A DNA stretch of 64,000 nucleotides from assembly GCA_016936575.1 (NCBI GenBank), contig JAFGXQ010000045.1:70664-134663 (forward strand). Reading direction: 5' to 3'. The stretch is from Deltaproteobacteria bacterium. Lineage in GTDB: Bacteria > Myxococcota_A > Polyangia > JAAYKL01. Position numbers and translations under genes: made by a program. Positions 9,039 through 18,787 of the stretch are shown in pieces. The stretch's first letter is position 1. Each line of letters begins with the position of its first letter. The notes beneath the pieces were generated by a model, which made no database searches, was not told the origin of the DNA, and saw nothing but the letters and a program-made list of their open reading frames with translations.

Positions 9039-11987
9039 CTACTGCGAAATGCGTTCCATGGAGCCTACGGGGCCAAGTCCGTCGTTGCCGCCCACAATGT
9101 AGATATGCGAGTTCACGCGAACCGTTCCGTAATAGGATCGAGGAACCACAAAGCCGCCATTAGAGGACATGTAGTTGGTCAGAAATTCGGTACTCGCATC
9201 CGTAATCGGCTCTTCGGTCACGATCTCAAATCGTGTACTGAGAGAACCGAGGGGAGACGGTTCCATATCGACTCCGTCCCCATCAACGCCTTCCTGCTCT
9301 GAATCCACTCCTGGGAACGCGTACAAATACTGATCCACCACGACAGAGCCGCCGGCATAGGTAGTGCGACCATTCGACAAATCCGTATCCTGAACGGTCC
9401 ATTCCCCCAAAGCCGACATATTTACATCGAGAATCGCGGCTTCGATAGTCATCAACCCGCTATTGGGCGCAGGTGACGTGAATGATTCGTCTCCCGCCAC
9501 TGCGAATAGCAGTATCTGGGTGTCTGCCGCCGCCGGCAACGGATCGGGGTTCAGCGGACTGGTTCCCTGAGGCTGCGAAGACGATAGTCCCAAAAACGCC
9601 CGCGGCGTTTGCATTTCTTCAGTGATTGCAGTCGCGTCGCCGAGCGCGCCGTCCGCAAGAACCGAAATGAACTCCACACTGCCGAGATAGTTGTCTGTGC
9701 CGCCGTCTCCCCTCCCCCCTGCAATAATCATATAGCTGCCGGCGTCAGTGACCACAACGGTTCCCGCCGCGCCCTCTCGTGGGGTGGTCAGCGTTGCATC
9801 AAGTGTTTGCCAACGTGACAATGAACCAATTGGCAATGCAGCAACGCCATCGAGGGGAAAGCTCAGTTCATCAACTGCCAACGACCCATCGTCGGTCCAA
9901 CCGGTGTCGGCAACCCCCTCAGCGATCAGGAAGGTGTCTTCCGTCCCGACAATCGCTTCCGCTACCACATTGGTCCGATACACATTATACGTGGCTCCCG
10001 GCACCGGATCCCAAGTAAGCACCACGGTTCCCTGGGTTGCGTCAGTGGTCACCGACGTGCGATATCCAGCGATGGACTCCACTCCATTCACCACACTGGC
10101 GATACGGTACACCCAGATTCCGGCAGCCAGAGTGCCGCCATCAAAGACACTGGCGGAAACGAATCCGGGGGACGGAGCCGTTTCACCGGCATCCTGGTAG
10201 CAAATGAGATCGTCGGAGCCGCTCTCGACAGATGCAATCCAACGCGTGGTTCCCGGCCGCCCGTCTCCGGCGATAGAACGATATACATTGTAACTTGTCG
10301 CTTCCGGCAACCCGTCAAAACAAATTTCCACCGTTCCAGAGGTATTCAAAATCTGTACTTCATTGGAAGCCAACCCTTCTCCGAACGCACCAACGGCAGA
10401 AATCCTATAGTACCAGGTGCCATAAGGTAAATCTCCATCGCTTACCCGCGTCGGAGCAGAAACATCAACCATCGTATCGGATCCCAAAATCGTCGCTGTT
10501 TCAATGCTGTCCAATGCAACGTTATCGGCATCGAGGACGATGCTGGTATCCGTCGCGTTTCCCCCAAACGCATACAATCGATCTTTCAAACGCAGCAATA
10601 CGTGGCCGCTTCGAGGAGTATTCAATGCATTCTCCACTCGCGGTGTATCGGAATCCTGCCATTGCAGCAATGTTCGCCATTCCCCTACTTCGCCGTAAAT
10701 ATTCACCGCGGCGACTTCTGCGTTGCCAAGCACCTCATTGTCTGCATTGAGTCCACCGACAACATACATATGGGTACCGCTCCGCATGTCAAAACCGAAT
10801 GCGGTCCCGTGTCGCTCCCGTGCAGTCGCCAGCGTAGAATCCGGGGCATCGAAATTGCCTGTGAAATGACCGTCTGTGGGGCTCTTTGCTTCAAACGCAT
10901 AAAACGTATCGGATTGCCCATCGGGGTTCACCACTTTCACTGGATACAGCCCCAGCTCCACCGTGTCGGCGGGTATTGAAGTTACCAGCTCGGTGTCTGT
11001 GGCAGTGGTCACCTCCAGGGCGATTTCACCATCCGCGGTCAATAGAGAAACCGTCGCATCCACACTGAAGTACTGCCCCAATACCGTAAACGGTGTACAA
11101 TCTTCATTAAAAGGATGCTGCACAGGATCGATCGCTGAAATCTGGGGTGGAGATACATCCGTCACTTCAAATATGCCGGGTTCTTCGGTATCGGACACCA
11201 ACCATTGCCCGGCCAGCTCATCAGGATTACTTACCCACACATAATAAGCGCCGACCGAAATCTGCGCCGACTCGGATGGAATCGATGCAATGAGGGTGTT
11301 TTCATCGATGAAATTCACTTCAGACGCCAAATACGACACATCGGGGTTCTCCACACTGACCAACGTCACCCACGGGGTATTGACAAAATGTTCGCCGCTG
11401 ATCTGAATCGTTTTATCCGATAAGACATCATCATCCGTTGTGCCCACCCAGGCCAGTGCAGGCTCCACATTGGTTACTATCGGCGGCGGCAGTATTGAAA
11501 TGGAAAGCACCCCATCAAGCGTCGCAAAGGTACCGTCCGCCAACGTAACGGTCACATCATACAGTCCTTGAACTGCGGTCACTTCGGAACCGAAAAGTAC
11601 TGTTGCGGCTTCGCCCGTCTCTATCGATGCCGCACCCAGCGCCACAATCTGATCTCCGAGAGATATCGAAACGGTCATTCCCTCTTCAAATCCCGTACCC
11701 TGTATTGTTAACAACTGCTCCGTCCCCACGCTGATCGCACCCGGAAGAACACTGACCACCGTCAGTAACGCACTGGTATCGCCATTGATACTGTCTGAAT
11801 CCGTATCATCACTGCTATCGGTGCCTTCTGATTCCGTCGCCACTGAGGTGTCATTGATACTGGTATCGGGAGTGGTATCAGAACCGGTATCCCCATCATC
11901 TGATGATTTTTTATCATCTTCGGAGCATCCGAAAACCCACATCATCGAAACAATCAAGACCGCGATTTGTACACCTGATTTTATCAT
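9039..11987 (-). CDS. Large surface lipoprotein with IPT/TIG, FN3-like and Kelch-like repeats
   Basis: From track ORF 9039..12095. I moved the start to the ATG at 11987, which is preceded by GGAGGTG and gives the signal MIKSGVQIAVLIVSMMWVFGC. It has an acidic S/D/T linker. IPT-like segments: LTIQGTGFEEGMTVSI, IQISGEHFVNTPWVTLV, FTVLGQYFSVDATVSL. FN3-like segments: SYNVYRS, TYNVYRTN. Kelch-like blades: MYVVGGLNADN, LYAFGGNATD, YMIIAGGRGDG, IYIVGGNDG. Confidence 0.65.
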   Translation of the reverse strand: MIKSGVQIAVLIVSMMWVFGCSEDDKKSSDDGDTGSDTTPDTSINDTSVATESEGTDSSDDTDSDSINGDTSALLTVVSVLPGAISVGTEQLLTIQGTGFEEGMTVSISLGDQIVALGAASIETGEAATVLFGSEVTAVQGLYDVTVTLADGTFATLDGVLSISILPPPIVTNVEPALAWVGTTDDDVLSDKTIQISGEHFVNTPWVTLVSVENPDVSYLASEVNFIDENTLIASIPSESAQISVGAYYVWVSNPDELAGQWLVSDTEEPGIFEVTDVSPPQISAIDPVQHPFNEDCTPFTVLGQYFSVDATVSLLTADGEIALEVTTATDTELVTSIPADTVELGLYPVKVVNPDGQSDTFYAFEAKSPTDGHFTGNFDAPDSTLATARERHGTAFGFDMRSGTHMYVVGGLNADNEVLGNAEVAAVNIYGEVGEWRTLLQWQDSDTPRVENALNTPRSGHVLLRLKDRLYAFGGNATDTSIVLDADNVALDSIETATILGSDTMVDVSAPTRVSDGDLPYGTWYYRISAVGAFGEGLASNEVQILNTSGTVEICFDGLPEATSYNVYRSIAGDGRPGTTRWIASVESGSDDLICYQDAGETAPSPGFVSASVFDGGTLAAGIWVYRIASVVNGVESIAGYRTSVTTDATQGTVVLTWDPVPGATYNVYRTNVVAEAIVGTEDTFLIAEGVADTGWTDDGSLAVDELSFPLDGVAALPIGSLSRWQTLDATLTTPREGAAGTVVVTDAGSYMIIAGGRGDGGTDNYLGSVEFISVLADGALGDATAITEEMQTPRAFLGLSSSQPQGTSPLNPDPLPAAADTQILLFAVAGDESFTSPAPNSGLMTIEAAILDVNMSALGEWTVQDTDLSNGRTTYAGGSVVVDQYLYAFPGVDSEQEGVDGDGVDMEPSPLGSLSTRFEIVTEEPITDASTEFLTNYMSSNGGFVVPRSYYGTVRVNSHIYIVGGNDGLGPVGSMERISQ

Positions 11988-12119
11988 GAAAGTCACCTCC
12001 ATTGCATCTGTGCTGCACACTTGCAGCAACACCGTCAATACAGCCAGAACCGTGCCACTGACGCGGAGATGCGATATGCTCGATAGAATCATCATTTATT
12101 TTATTGAGACTGAATTTTT

Positions 12120-12158
12120 TCGACACAATTGTCGAGCCGCTCGATATTTTGGTCGAGC
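12120..12158. repeat. Two adjacent short inverted repeats (hairpins) between the Cys-rich gene stop and the Kelch gene start; function unknown
   Basis: TCGACA-caat-TGTCGA (12120-12135) and GCTCGA-tattttgg-TCGAGC (12139-12158). No U-run follows on the minus strand, so I do not call this a terminator. Confidence 0.5.
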
Positions 12159-12174
12159 ATCGGAATGATTGAAA

Positions 12175-13188
12175 CTATTCTGCGACAGTTACCGGCTGGC
12201 AGCAACCGCTCACGCAATAAAAGCCGGCATCACATGGAGATACATCTGAAACAGTGCACGGTTCAATTCCCGTCGGACATTGATCATCCGGCGTACCATC
12301 GGAATCGTCGCCGTCACCGTAACAGTCCGCAGGCAATTCCGGCTTACCAATGCATATTTCGCAATAGCCGCACTCGTTCAGGCAATTCGCTACGGGCGTG
12401 CATCTCGGGCATTTGCTTTCATCCAAAATATCGGCAAACGTGCACGTTCCAATATTGTCGGCGTCTTTCGCGCCAATCCAAACATAGGCATCGTCACCGT
12501 CGGTCCCCAACCCTTCGAGTTCCGGGAAGGTGCAACACCCGAAGCAGTCACAACCGTTCGGCGTGAACGGTACACAGACATCGGTGCACAATTGGGTTTG
12601 TTCATCCGGGCAAAACTGGGGATTTCCAATTAACGTTTCATTATATTCGCAAACAGCGCCTTCCGGCTCCAGGGGATCACATTCGTGACTCCACCAACAA
12701 TCATCGCTGCCGGTGCCCATGCCGTTTCCATAGTCAAAATAGCAGTCCACATGGCACGTTGATCCGGTTACGCCGCCCACATCCGAGATCAATGCAGGCC
12801 CTTCAGTATTGTCGCACGGCCCCAGGCATTCCGGATCGCGCCAATCGGTCATCCCGTCACTGTCATTATCTTTGCAATCGCCACATTCCAGCAGCCGTCC
12901 GTCACATTGGGTTTCGTAGCACACAAACTGCTTGCCATCGCCGTCCACCAGCAGCTCTCCCCCCTCACCCACCACTACCGTTGAATCCGTACCGTCCTGC
13001 CATCCTTCATCCGTCCCCTGAACCGACGTGTCGTCCTCATCCATACCTGTTCCGGTGGCAGAATCCTGGCGGTGGGTGGTGTCGGTGTCGAGCACTGCAT
13101 TCGCCGAACTGACGTCATCACCGCACCCTAAATTGCTTACAGCCCATACCCCGCACAAAAACAAGCACACTCGTCGTACAGTGAACAT
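12175..13188 (-). CDS. Cysteine-rich secreted lipoprotein with MopE-like 'putative metal-binding' Cys/Asp motifs
   Basis: SD GGAGG. Lipobox SNLGC. Acidic T/D linker. About 40 Cys, with CDGRLLECGDCKDNDSDGMTDWRDPECLGPCDNTEG-type motifs. Confidence 0.55.
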   Translation of the reverse strand: MFTVRRVCLFLCGVWAVSNLGCGDDVSSANAVLDTDTTHRQDSATGTGMDEDDTSVQGTDEGWQDGTDSTVVVGEGGELLVDGDGKQFVCYETQCDGRLLECGDCKDNDSDGMTDWRDPECLGPCDNTEGPALISDVGGVTGSTCHVDCYFDYGNGMGTGSDDCWWSHECDPLEPEGAVCEYNETLIGNPQFCPDEQTQLCTDVCVPFTPNGCDCFGCCTFPELEGLGTDGDDAYVWIGAKDADNIGTCTFADILDESKCPRCTPVANCLNECGYCEICIGKPELPADCYGDGDDSDGTPDDQCPTGIEPCTVSDVSPCDAGFYCVSGCCQPVTVAE

Positions 13189-13415
13189 ACTGACCTCCTC
13201 TGTTTAATTTTGAACTCATTGACAAATTTGCAGCAAATCCGATGCCACAACGGTTTGCATAAAATTTTGAGTGCACGACAGCTGATTCGTCCAGACAGCA
13301 TCATACAATTCTTAATTACAAAAAAACACGGCACCGGTGAAAGGTCGACAAAAACGTCGAATTTCCATTGTGCTCTTCGACCATTTGGACGACAATTACA
13401 CTTGTTTTGCCGGTG

Positions 13416-13904
13416 TCAATGAGCATCTCCCAGATAGATATCATCGAACGTTTCGAATGCGCAAACCGCTTCGACGCTCCCATGCACAAATGTGACCTTG
13501 TCGGCAAATTTTGAGAAACTGGGCTCCACCAGTTCCAAAACATCGTAGTCAGGCTCCACCACCGTAATATGAACCACCCCGGGCTTGCGAAGCAAACGGT
13601 ACAAGAAGCCGCCCAGACCCACATTCGTCACCAGCACGTGGCCGCGAGCGCGTCGAATAAACGGCAAATGAAGGCGCAGTGTCACCGGGTCATTCGTGTC
13701 AATCTGCCGGCCGCCGCGATACAATGCCTGGTAAACATAGTCGCGGTCGTATCTGTCGCGCACCTCGCAAACGCCGCTCACCTCTTCGGGAATAACCACA
13801 ATACCGTGCGCATAGTCGCCGAAATGGGCACCGAACCTAGGGGCATCGGCGATAAATGGAACGGCTTCTTTTCCGATGATATTATTTTCCTGAGCATTGA
13901 ACAT
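13416..13904 (-). CDS. Small hypothetical protein with a Rossmann/SAM-methyltransferase-like N-terminal half-motif
   Basis: ATG with SD GAGAGGTG. It has HVLVTNVGLGGFLYRLL (motif I-like), ITVVEPD and FDDIYLGD, but is only 162 aa, so any methyltransferase fold would be incomplete. Confidence 0.35.
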   Translation of the reverse strand: MFNAQENNIIGKEAVPFIADAPRFGAHFGDYAHGIVVIPEEVSGVCEVRDRYDRDYVYQALYRGGRQIDTNDPVTLRLHLPFIRRARGHVLVTNVGLGGFLYRLLRKPGVVHITVVEPDYDVLELVEPSFSKFADKVTFVHGSVEAVCAFETFDDIYLGDAH

Positions 13905-14057
13905 GGGTCACCTCTCTGTTGTTTCCTGTTGTTTCCATCCCATTATCCCCCCTTGATAAGACATTTTTTGTCGCATACTACGCTACGACTCTTTTTTTCA
14001 GTTGAGCCGTTATCGGGTCTATGCGCCACATATCTAAAAAGACACACTTGTTCTGTT

Positions 14058-14104
14058 TTGCGACAACCTGCGCATCGGTCGAATATTGCGACACTTGTGC
14101 GCAT
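14058..14104 (+). promoter_or_regulatory. Two imperfect direct repeats TTGCGACA(N3-4)TGCGCAT, 22-68 nt upstream of the ATG at 14126; candidate operator or promoter element
   Basis: ttgcgacaacctgcgcat (14058-14075) and ttgcgacacttgtgcgcat (14086-14104), 28 nt apart start to start, in the divergent intergenic region 13905-14125. Confidence 0.3.
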
Positions 14105-14125
14105 TGAGAGAGGTACGGTACAAAG

Positions 14126-15478
14126 ATGAACTTACGATTTTTTCTTTCAATACATTGGCTGGGAGTCCTTCTTGTTGTCTGCGGTTGTTCCTCCGACAAC
14201 AACACCGATGACACCGGAGACACCACGCCCGACACCGCCGACTCGGAAACCGAATCCGATACAGAGCGGAGTACTGAAACCGCAGAACCAACCAGCGATG
14301 ATTCCACCGACACCGACACAACAATCACCGAAATCACGGTCCGCCGTATTGCCGAAGAAAATGAAACCGAAGAGGACGTGACCGCAGACTCCATTGTATG
14401 GTTCGCGGTAATGGACAACGATGAAACCCGCGCGATTCCCTGGACCCCAGACAGCGAATTGGCAATGCGCGTGTCAGTCCAAGGTGACCGGTACGGCATA
14501 GCCTATCAATGCGCCAACAACGCAGGACTGACCGCAATATACACAACCGTTCAGGAACTCACCCAGATCGATATGATTTGTCCGGTTTCTCGTGCAATGG
14601 CGGGATGCGATGCAGATGTAGAAATCGTATGGGACGGATTTGAAGGGAATGGTGCGCTGATCACCACGTGGGGACACGAATACATTGAACACCCTGAGAC
14701 ATCGGGCTATCTGGCCCCCAACAGCGACCGAAGTGAATTCTTCGTAGCCGATACCCAGGACGGCATCCCTATGCATCTGTACTCCAGACCGAGCAATGAC
14801 TTCAGTTGCTCCGATACTGTTGTGATTGACCTTGCGGCAGATGCGAACCTGTACACATCGCACCCGCTCTCTTACGGCGCGCTTTCCCATAATACCGAAC
14901 TGATACCTGATGAAACCCGACATGTTTACTGCACTTCAACCATGCCGGACGGCGCCTACGCGTACACGTGCAAGGTTCCCTCAAACAGCACTCAGTTTTC
15001 GGCAGCATCAGGAGCTGCAATAAATCAAATTGCTATCAGCGGCTGGTGGGATGACGGACACCGACGCTCATATATACAATTGGAAAATCCTCCACCCGCT
15101 GCGGTGGAATTGTTCCTGCTGACCCCCATCGAATTTACAGAAATACAACACGCCGGCAGGACACCGAGTACAGGCATCATCATTTCACAGGACCCTTACG
15201 CACTCGCGTATATCTATACATTGAGATATGAAGACGATGCAGAAATTCACATCATCGCGACGCGAAGCTGGGTCGATGACCAACTGCCGCTTCTCACCCC
15301 CGACTTGACCGGAACATCCGTATCACTCTCAACACTGGGTCAGCTCGAAGCTTCGCAACTCGTCGCCACTTGGAGCAACCTGGGAACCATGCGTGCCATC
15401 AATAAAGTCGCGGGGCATTTCCCCACTGAAAGCAATGGGGAATCTGCAGCAGAAATCACGGCAATTGAGTTTTATTAA
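14126..15478 (+). CDS. Lipoprotein with acidic T/D/S/E linker; domain of unknown function
   Basis: Lipobox LVVCGC. Linker DNNTDDTGDTTPDTADSETESDTERSTETAEPTSDDSTDTDTT. I recognise no family. Confidence 0.5.
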   Translation: MNLRFFLSIHWLGVLLVVCGCSSDNNTDDTGDTTPDTADSETESDTERSTETAEPTSDDSTDTDTTITEITVRRIAEENETEEDVTADSIVWFAVMDNDETRAIPWTPDSELAMRVSVQGDRYGIAYQCANNAGLTAIYTTVQELTQIDMICPVSRAMAGCDADVEIVWDGFEGNGALITTWGHEYIEHPETSGYLAPNSDRSEFFVADTQDGIPMHLYSRPSNDFSCSDTVVIDLAADANLYTSHPLSYGALSHNTELIPDETRHVYCTSTMPDGAYAYTCKVPSNSTQFSAASGAAINQIAISGWWDDGHRRSYIQLENPPPAAVELFLLTPIEFTEIQHAGRTPSTGIIISQDPYALAYIYTLRYEDDAEIHIIATRSWVDDQLPLLTPDLTGTSVSLSTLGQLEASQLVATWSNLGTMRAINKVAGHFPTESNGESAAEITAIEFY

Positions 15479-15511
15479 GATGCTACTTGCTATACAGAAC
15501 CCGGCTATGTT

Positions 15512-16108
15512 CTATGACGGGTCTTTGCATTGTTCAAGAATGTCTGACTTCAAACCGGGGCAACAGGTATTCGGACCGAAGTAGGAACGCCAGATTAAAT
15601 CAGCGAAGCCTTTGCCCTTGGTGATTTGTCCCATTCGCGCGCCGTTCTGCTTCAGAAGTGTTCCCTGACCGGGAATGTAAATAATCTCCACATAACTGCC
15701 CTTATTTAAATCCTTGGTGAAATACGACAAGAATACGTTAATTTTTTTCTGCAGCTCAGTGGTGTCTTTACCCTGCGGTAAATTTTTCGTGAACGTGTCT
15801 TTCAAGTTGTCAATCAACCGCTTTTTGGGAATGGTTCGCTTCATTGACAGGATCAACGCCTTTACCTCTGACTTGTAGATCACCGACCGCATGCTGCACT
15901 CGCCGCTCTCAGAGTAGGCGCTGAGGCTGTAAATATCCACGAATAGAAATTCGCGGATCGCCGTACCCAGCAATTTGAGAGATTTTCCGGCGACGGCTTT
16001 ATTTTTCGATACTGCTCCCACCGCTGGAGACGGCGGAAACACAGTAACCATAACCAACACTGCCAGCGCGACAATGTACCCTTTTCTTGTGCACCATATT
16101 GCTTTCAT
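15512..16108 (-). CDS. Chalcone-isomerase-like (fatty-acid/lipid-binding fold) exported protein
   Basis: From track ORF 15512..16132 (TTG start). The ATG at 16108 is preceded by AAAGGAA. It has a signal peptide, then LLGTAIREFLFVDIYSLSAY...GFADLIWRSYFG, which is typical of the bacterial chalcone-isomerase-like family as I recall it. Confidence 0.5.
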   Translation of the reverse strand: MKAIWCTRKGYIVALAVLVMVTVFPPSPAVGAVSKNKAVAGKSLKLLGTAIREFLFVDIYSLSAYSESGECSMRSVIYKSEVKALILSMKRTIPKKRLIDNLKDTFTKNLPQGKDTTELQKKINVFLSYFTKDLNKGSYVEIIYIPGQGTLLKQNGARMGQITKGKGFADLIWRSYFGPNTCCPGLKSDILEQCKDPS

Positions 16109-16141
16109 GCGGGTTCCTTTATCGTTCAGCAAATCCGCGAC

Positions 16142-17308
16142 CTAATCTTCGCAGATTTTCAGTTGAGAAATAAACCACGGCGCGGGGATAGAACAGTCAC
16201 CGCACATCAATGCCACAATCCAAATCCCTTCGTCGGTAATACCGGTGAACGCGTTGCCGTTGTCATCTGTTAATTCAGAAAGGGTCGCATAGGTACCCGC
16301 ATCGATGGTTTTTCGCCAGATTTCATCTGCCATGTTTTCGAGATTCAGAAAATCGGATTCCAGTGCCGAAATCGTCGTATCGGTGTAGTGTGCAACCATA
16401 ATCCCGGCAATCATCGTGGGTGCGAACTCGCGCCCCATCGCGTTGTTCGTCATGCTGCCGGTCCAATCCAAATACACATCGGCGGTGCCGGGCGGCAAAA
16501 TAATCGGCTCCAGGGAACTGAGATCAGCTTCATAATCCAGTTGCACCGAATCATTGTGAATGGTTACCGTTGAATTGTTCGCATCTTCGCGCACATTGAA
16601 CAACGCGAGCATACGCGCATTTTGACCGAGAATGATGCCCGAAGAAAGCATCACCGAATACGAAAAATCTTCAGGTGGAACATTGACAGGATCCAGCAGA
16701 CTCAGCATGGAGGCTTCATCGAGCGCGGATCCCCCGGGAGAAACCAAATCCAGATAATTGAATGTCGTTGTGCTCTGTTCAGTAAAATACACAGCCGGCG
16801 GATTCGCCAAATCCTGCATTGTCCAATCATCACTATTCAACTTTTCAACCAACTCCTCTTCGTTTGCGGACCAAATGGTCACCAGTGCCATCTGTATATC
16901 GCCCTCGCCATCAAGCGGCTGCCCCAGCATGTCCTGAGTCAGATCATCCCATTGGAACGTAATATCGGTGGAGGGAGTTACCGACGTGGCTTCAATTGTC
17001 ATTTCATTGGTGAACGTGTAATTCTGTGCATCCACCAGTGCATACGACACCACGCCATCTGTGACAGGCACAACATCGCACGAAGGTGGCGGTTCGTCTG
17101 CGTCTGTATCGCTGTCGCTGTCACTGTCTCCGTCGCTATCGACATCCGAGTCGCTGTCAGTATCACCGTCACCATCGGTATCTGTATCGCTGTCACTGTC
17201 ACCATCTGTGCCGCTCTGCTCAGTGTCTGAATTACCGCCGCACGACAACATCGCACCAACGCAGAATATCAACACAAAAACAAACAACCATATTACTGTT
17301 TTCGACAT
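16142..17308 (-). CDS. Lipoprotein with X-Asp tether; domain of unknown function
   Basis: SD AAAGGAGA. Lipobox AMLSC. Residues 35-71 alternate as X-D. The C-terminus has CGDC...C. Confidence 0.5.
   Translation of the reverse strand: MSKTVIWLFVFVLIFCVGAMLSCGGNSDTEQSGTDGDSDSDTDTDGDGDTDSDSDVDSDGDSDSDSDTDADEPPPSCDVVPVTDGVVSYALVDAQNYTFTNEMTIEATSVTPSTDITFQWDDLTQDMLGQPLDGEGDIQMALVTIWSANEEELVEKLNSDDWTMQDLANPPAVYFTEQSTTTFNYLDLVSPGGSALDEASMLSLLDPVNVPPEDFSYSVMLSSGIILGQNARMLALFNVREDANNSTVTIHNDSVQLDYEADLSSLEPIILPPGTADVYLDWTGSMTNNAMGREFAPTMIAGIMVAHYTDTTISALESDFLNLENMADEIWRKTIDAGTYATLSELTDDNGNAFTGITDEGIWIVALMCGDCSIPAPWFISQLKICED
17096..17206 (-). repeat. In-frame repeat encoding 37 aa of alternating X-Asp
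   Basis: [37 protein letters not shown], read from the ORF. Confidence 0.9.
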
Positions 17309-17347
17309 TTTCGTCTCCTTTATCGAAGCGCGCAGAGCGCTGCTTGA

Positions 17348-18766
17348 CTACTGCTCCAGATCCACTGGATGGCCATATAATGTAGGCCGCCAAACCACAT
17401 ATCCGAACGCGGCTTGGCCCAAATCAATTGAACGCACAAGCTGTTCGTCAGCAGCCACCTCGTGCATCAATGCTTTATTACTATACGAAACAAGTGTGTT
17501 GCCATTCGGCAAACGCTGCACATCCCCCAAGGTAGGCGTTCCGAGACCTTCCACACGATACCGCCATATCTCCCGCAACCCGCCGGTATCGCTTGAAAAC
17601 TCGTATTCCAGTGCCTCACTGGTCAGTGTCACATCTGAAAATGAACCACCATTATTGAAAATGAGAATACTGTTGTTGAGCAAATGGTGACCATGCTGAT
17701 ATTTCCACAACCCGTCATTCTGCGTCACCCACGCAACGTCTCCACTTTTATCGAATGCGACAATTTCGCCGTGCTCGTAGTCAGATACCGTAAATAACTG
17801 TTCGGCCATGGAGTAGCGTAACGCATTGCCGTGACACCCGGTTCCCCACGTATCGGCGGTATCGTATATCAAACCGATGTTGCCGTTGGTATCCAACGAC
17901 ATCACACGCGCGCAAACCGCTGAGTTTCCAAATCCGCCTTCCGGAGTGTATTCCAACCAGGCGAACGTGTTGTCATCTACAGGGGTCAAGTCATGCGCGG
18001 CACCCGTCAGCGACGTGAACTGTTTTACTTCCTGGCCATCCATTGACACCAGTTCCACAGCACCGGCGTTTCCCTGATTATTACTCGATACTACCGCCAT
18101 CCATTTGCCGTCGTAGCTCATTCGAGCCCTGGTGCTGTCGCTAAGCGCTGTTGCAGCGTACCACCAAACGATATCGCCGTCGTTGTCTATAATGAATGCC
18201 ATAGGGTTCTGCGAAAAAGAGGCCGCAGTATACGACGCCAAAACGAAAAATCCGGGGGCGACCGACGCTGATTGCGCTACAATGATATCGGCTCGCTGAA
18301 TCACGTTCGTTACCGGTTCAGTCGTGATCACCACATCATGACTGCGATACGTTGTTCCATCAATTACCGCATTCACGCGAACATGGTAGTCAGAAGACCC
18401 CTTCATACCCAGAAGCAATGTTCTGAAATATTCCGCGGTTAACTCCACTGGTGCGGTCATTCCATACTCGCTATCCAACCCGAAGTCGATGGTCGCCGCA
18501 TCGATTTCGTTATCAACATTCGTTGACCATTCCACAATGCCCACTGTTCCGATGGCGTCACTGAGGTTCACAGACACCTCAAACGTGATGTCTCTATCTC
18601 CCGCATCAGTATTGGCATCCGTATTGTCAACTTCAGTTCCGCGGTCGCTATCGTCGGAATCGTCCGAGCGCATACCATCGCCGGCAGCTCTTTCACTGGA
18701 GCAGCTCATCCAGAATACTGCTCCACAAAGTATCGCTAGAAATGTTATGGTTATAGACGCGCGCAT
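17348..18766 (-). CDS. Lipoprotein with short acidic linker, FN3-like beta-sandwich and arylsulfotransferase (ASST)-like beta-propeller (paralog 1)
   Basis: Lipobox FWMSC. Sandwich segment TFEVSVN..IGTVGIVEWSTNVD. Propeller motifs [55 protein letters not shown] and LGDVQRLPNGNTLVSYSN resemble ASST family signatures. By eye it is about 65-70% identical to the next gene. Confidence 0.5.
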   Translation of the reverse strand: MRASITITFLAILCGAVFWMSCSSERAAGDGMRSDDSDDSDRGTEVDNTDANTDAGDRDITFEVSVNLSDAIGTVGIVEWSTNVDNEIDAATIDFGLDSEYGMTAPVELTAEYFRTLLLGMKGSSDYHVRVNAVIDGTTYRSHDVVITTEPVTNVIQRADIIVAQSASVAPGFFVLASYTAASFSQNPMAFIIDNDGDIVWWYAATALSDSTRARMSYDGKWMAVVSSNNQGNAGAVELVSMDGQEVKQFTSLTGAAHDLTPVDDNTFAWLEYTPEGGFGNSAVCARVMSLDTNGNIGLIYDTADTWGTGCHGNALRYSMAEQLFTVSDYEHGEIVAFDKSGDVAWVTQNDGLWKYQHGHHLLNNSILIFNNGGSFSDVTLTSEALEYEFSSDTGGLREIWRYRVEGLGTPTLGDVQRLPNGNTLVSYSNKALMHEVAADEQLVRSIDLGQAAFGYVVWRPTLYGHPVDLEQ

Positions 18767-18787
18767 TTAAAATTCGTTTTGCCTCTA

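Noticed and set aside
13189-13415. Continuation of the methyltransferase-like ORF 13416..13904 past its stop (pseudogene hypothesis)
   Set aside because: The in-frame sequence after the TGA shows no methyltransferase post-motif similarity that I could recognise. The evidence is not enough to call a pseudogene.
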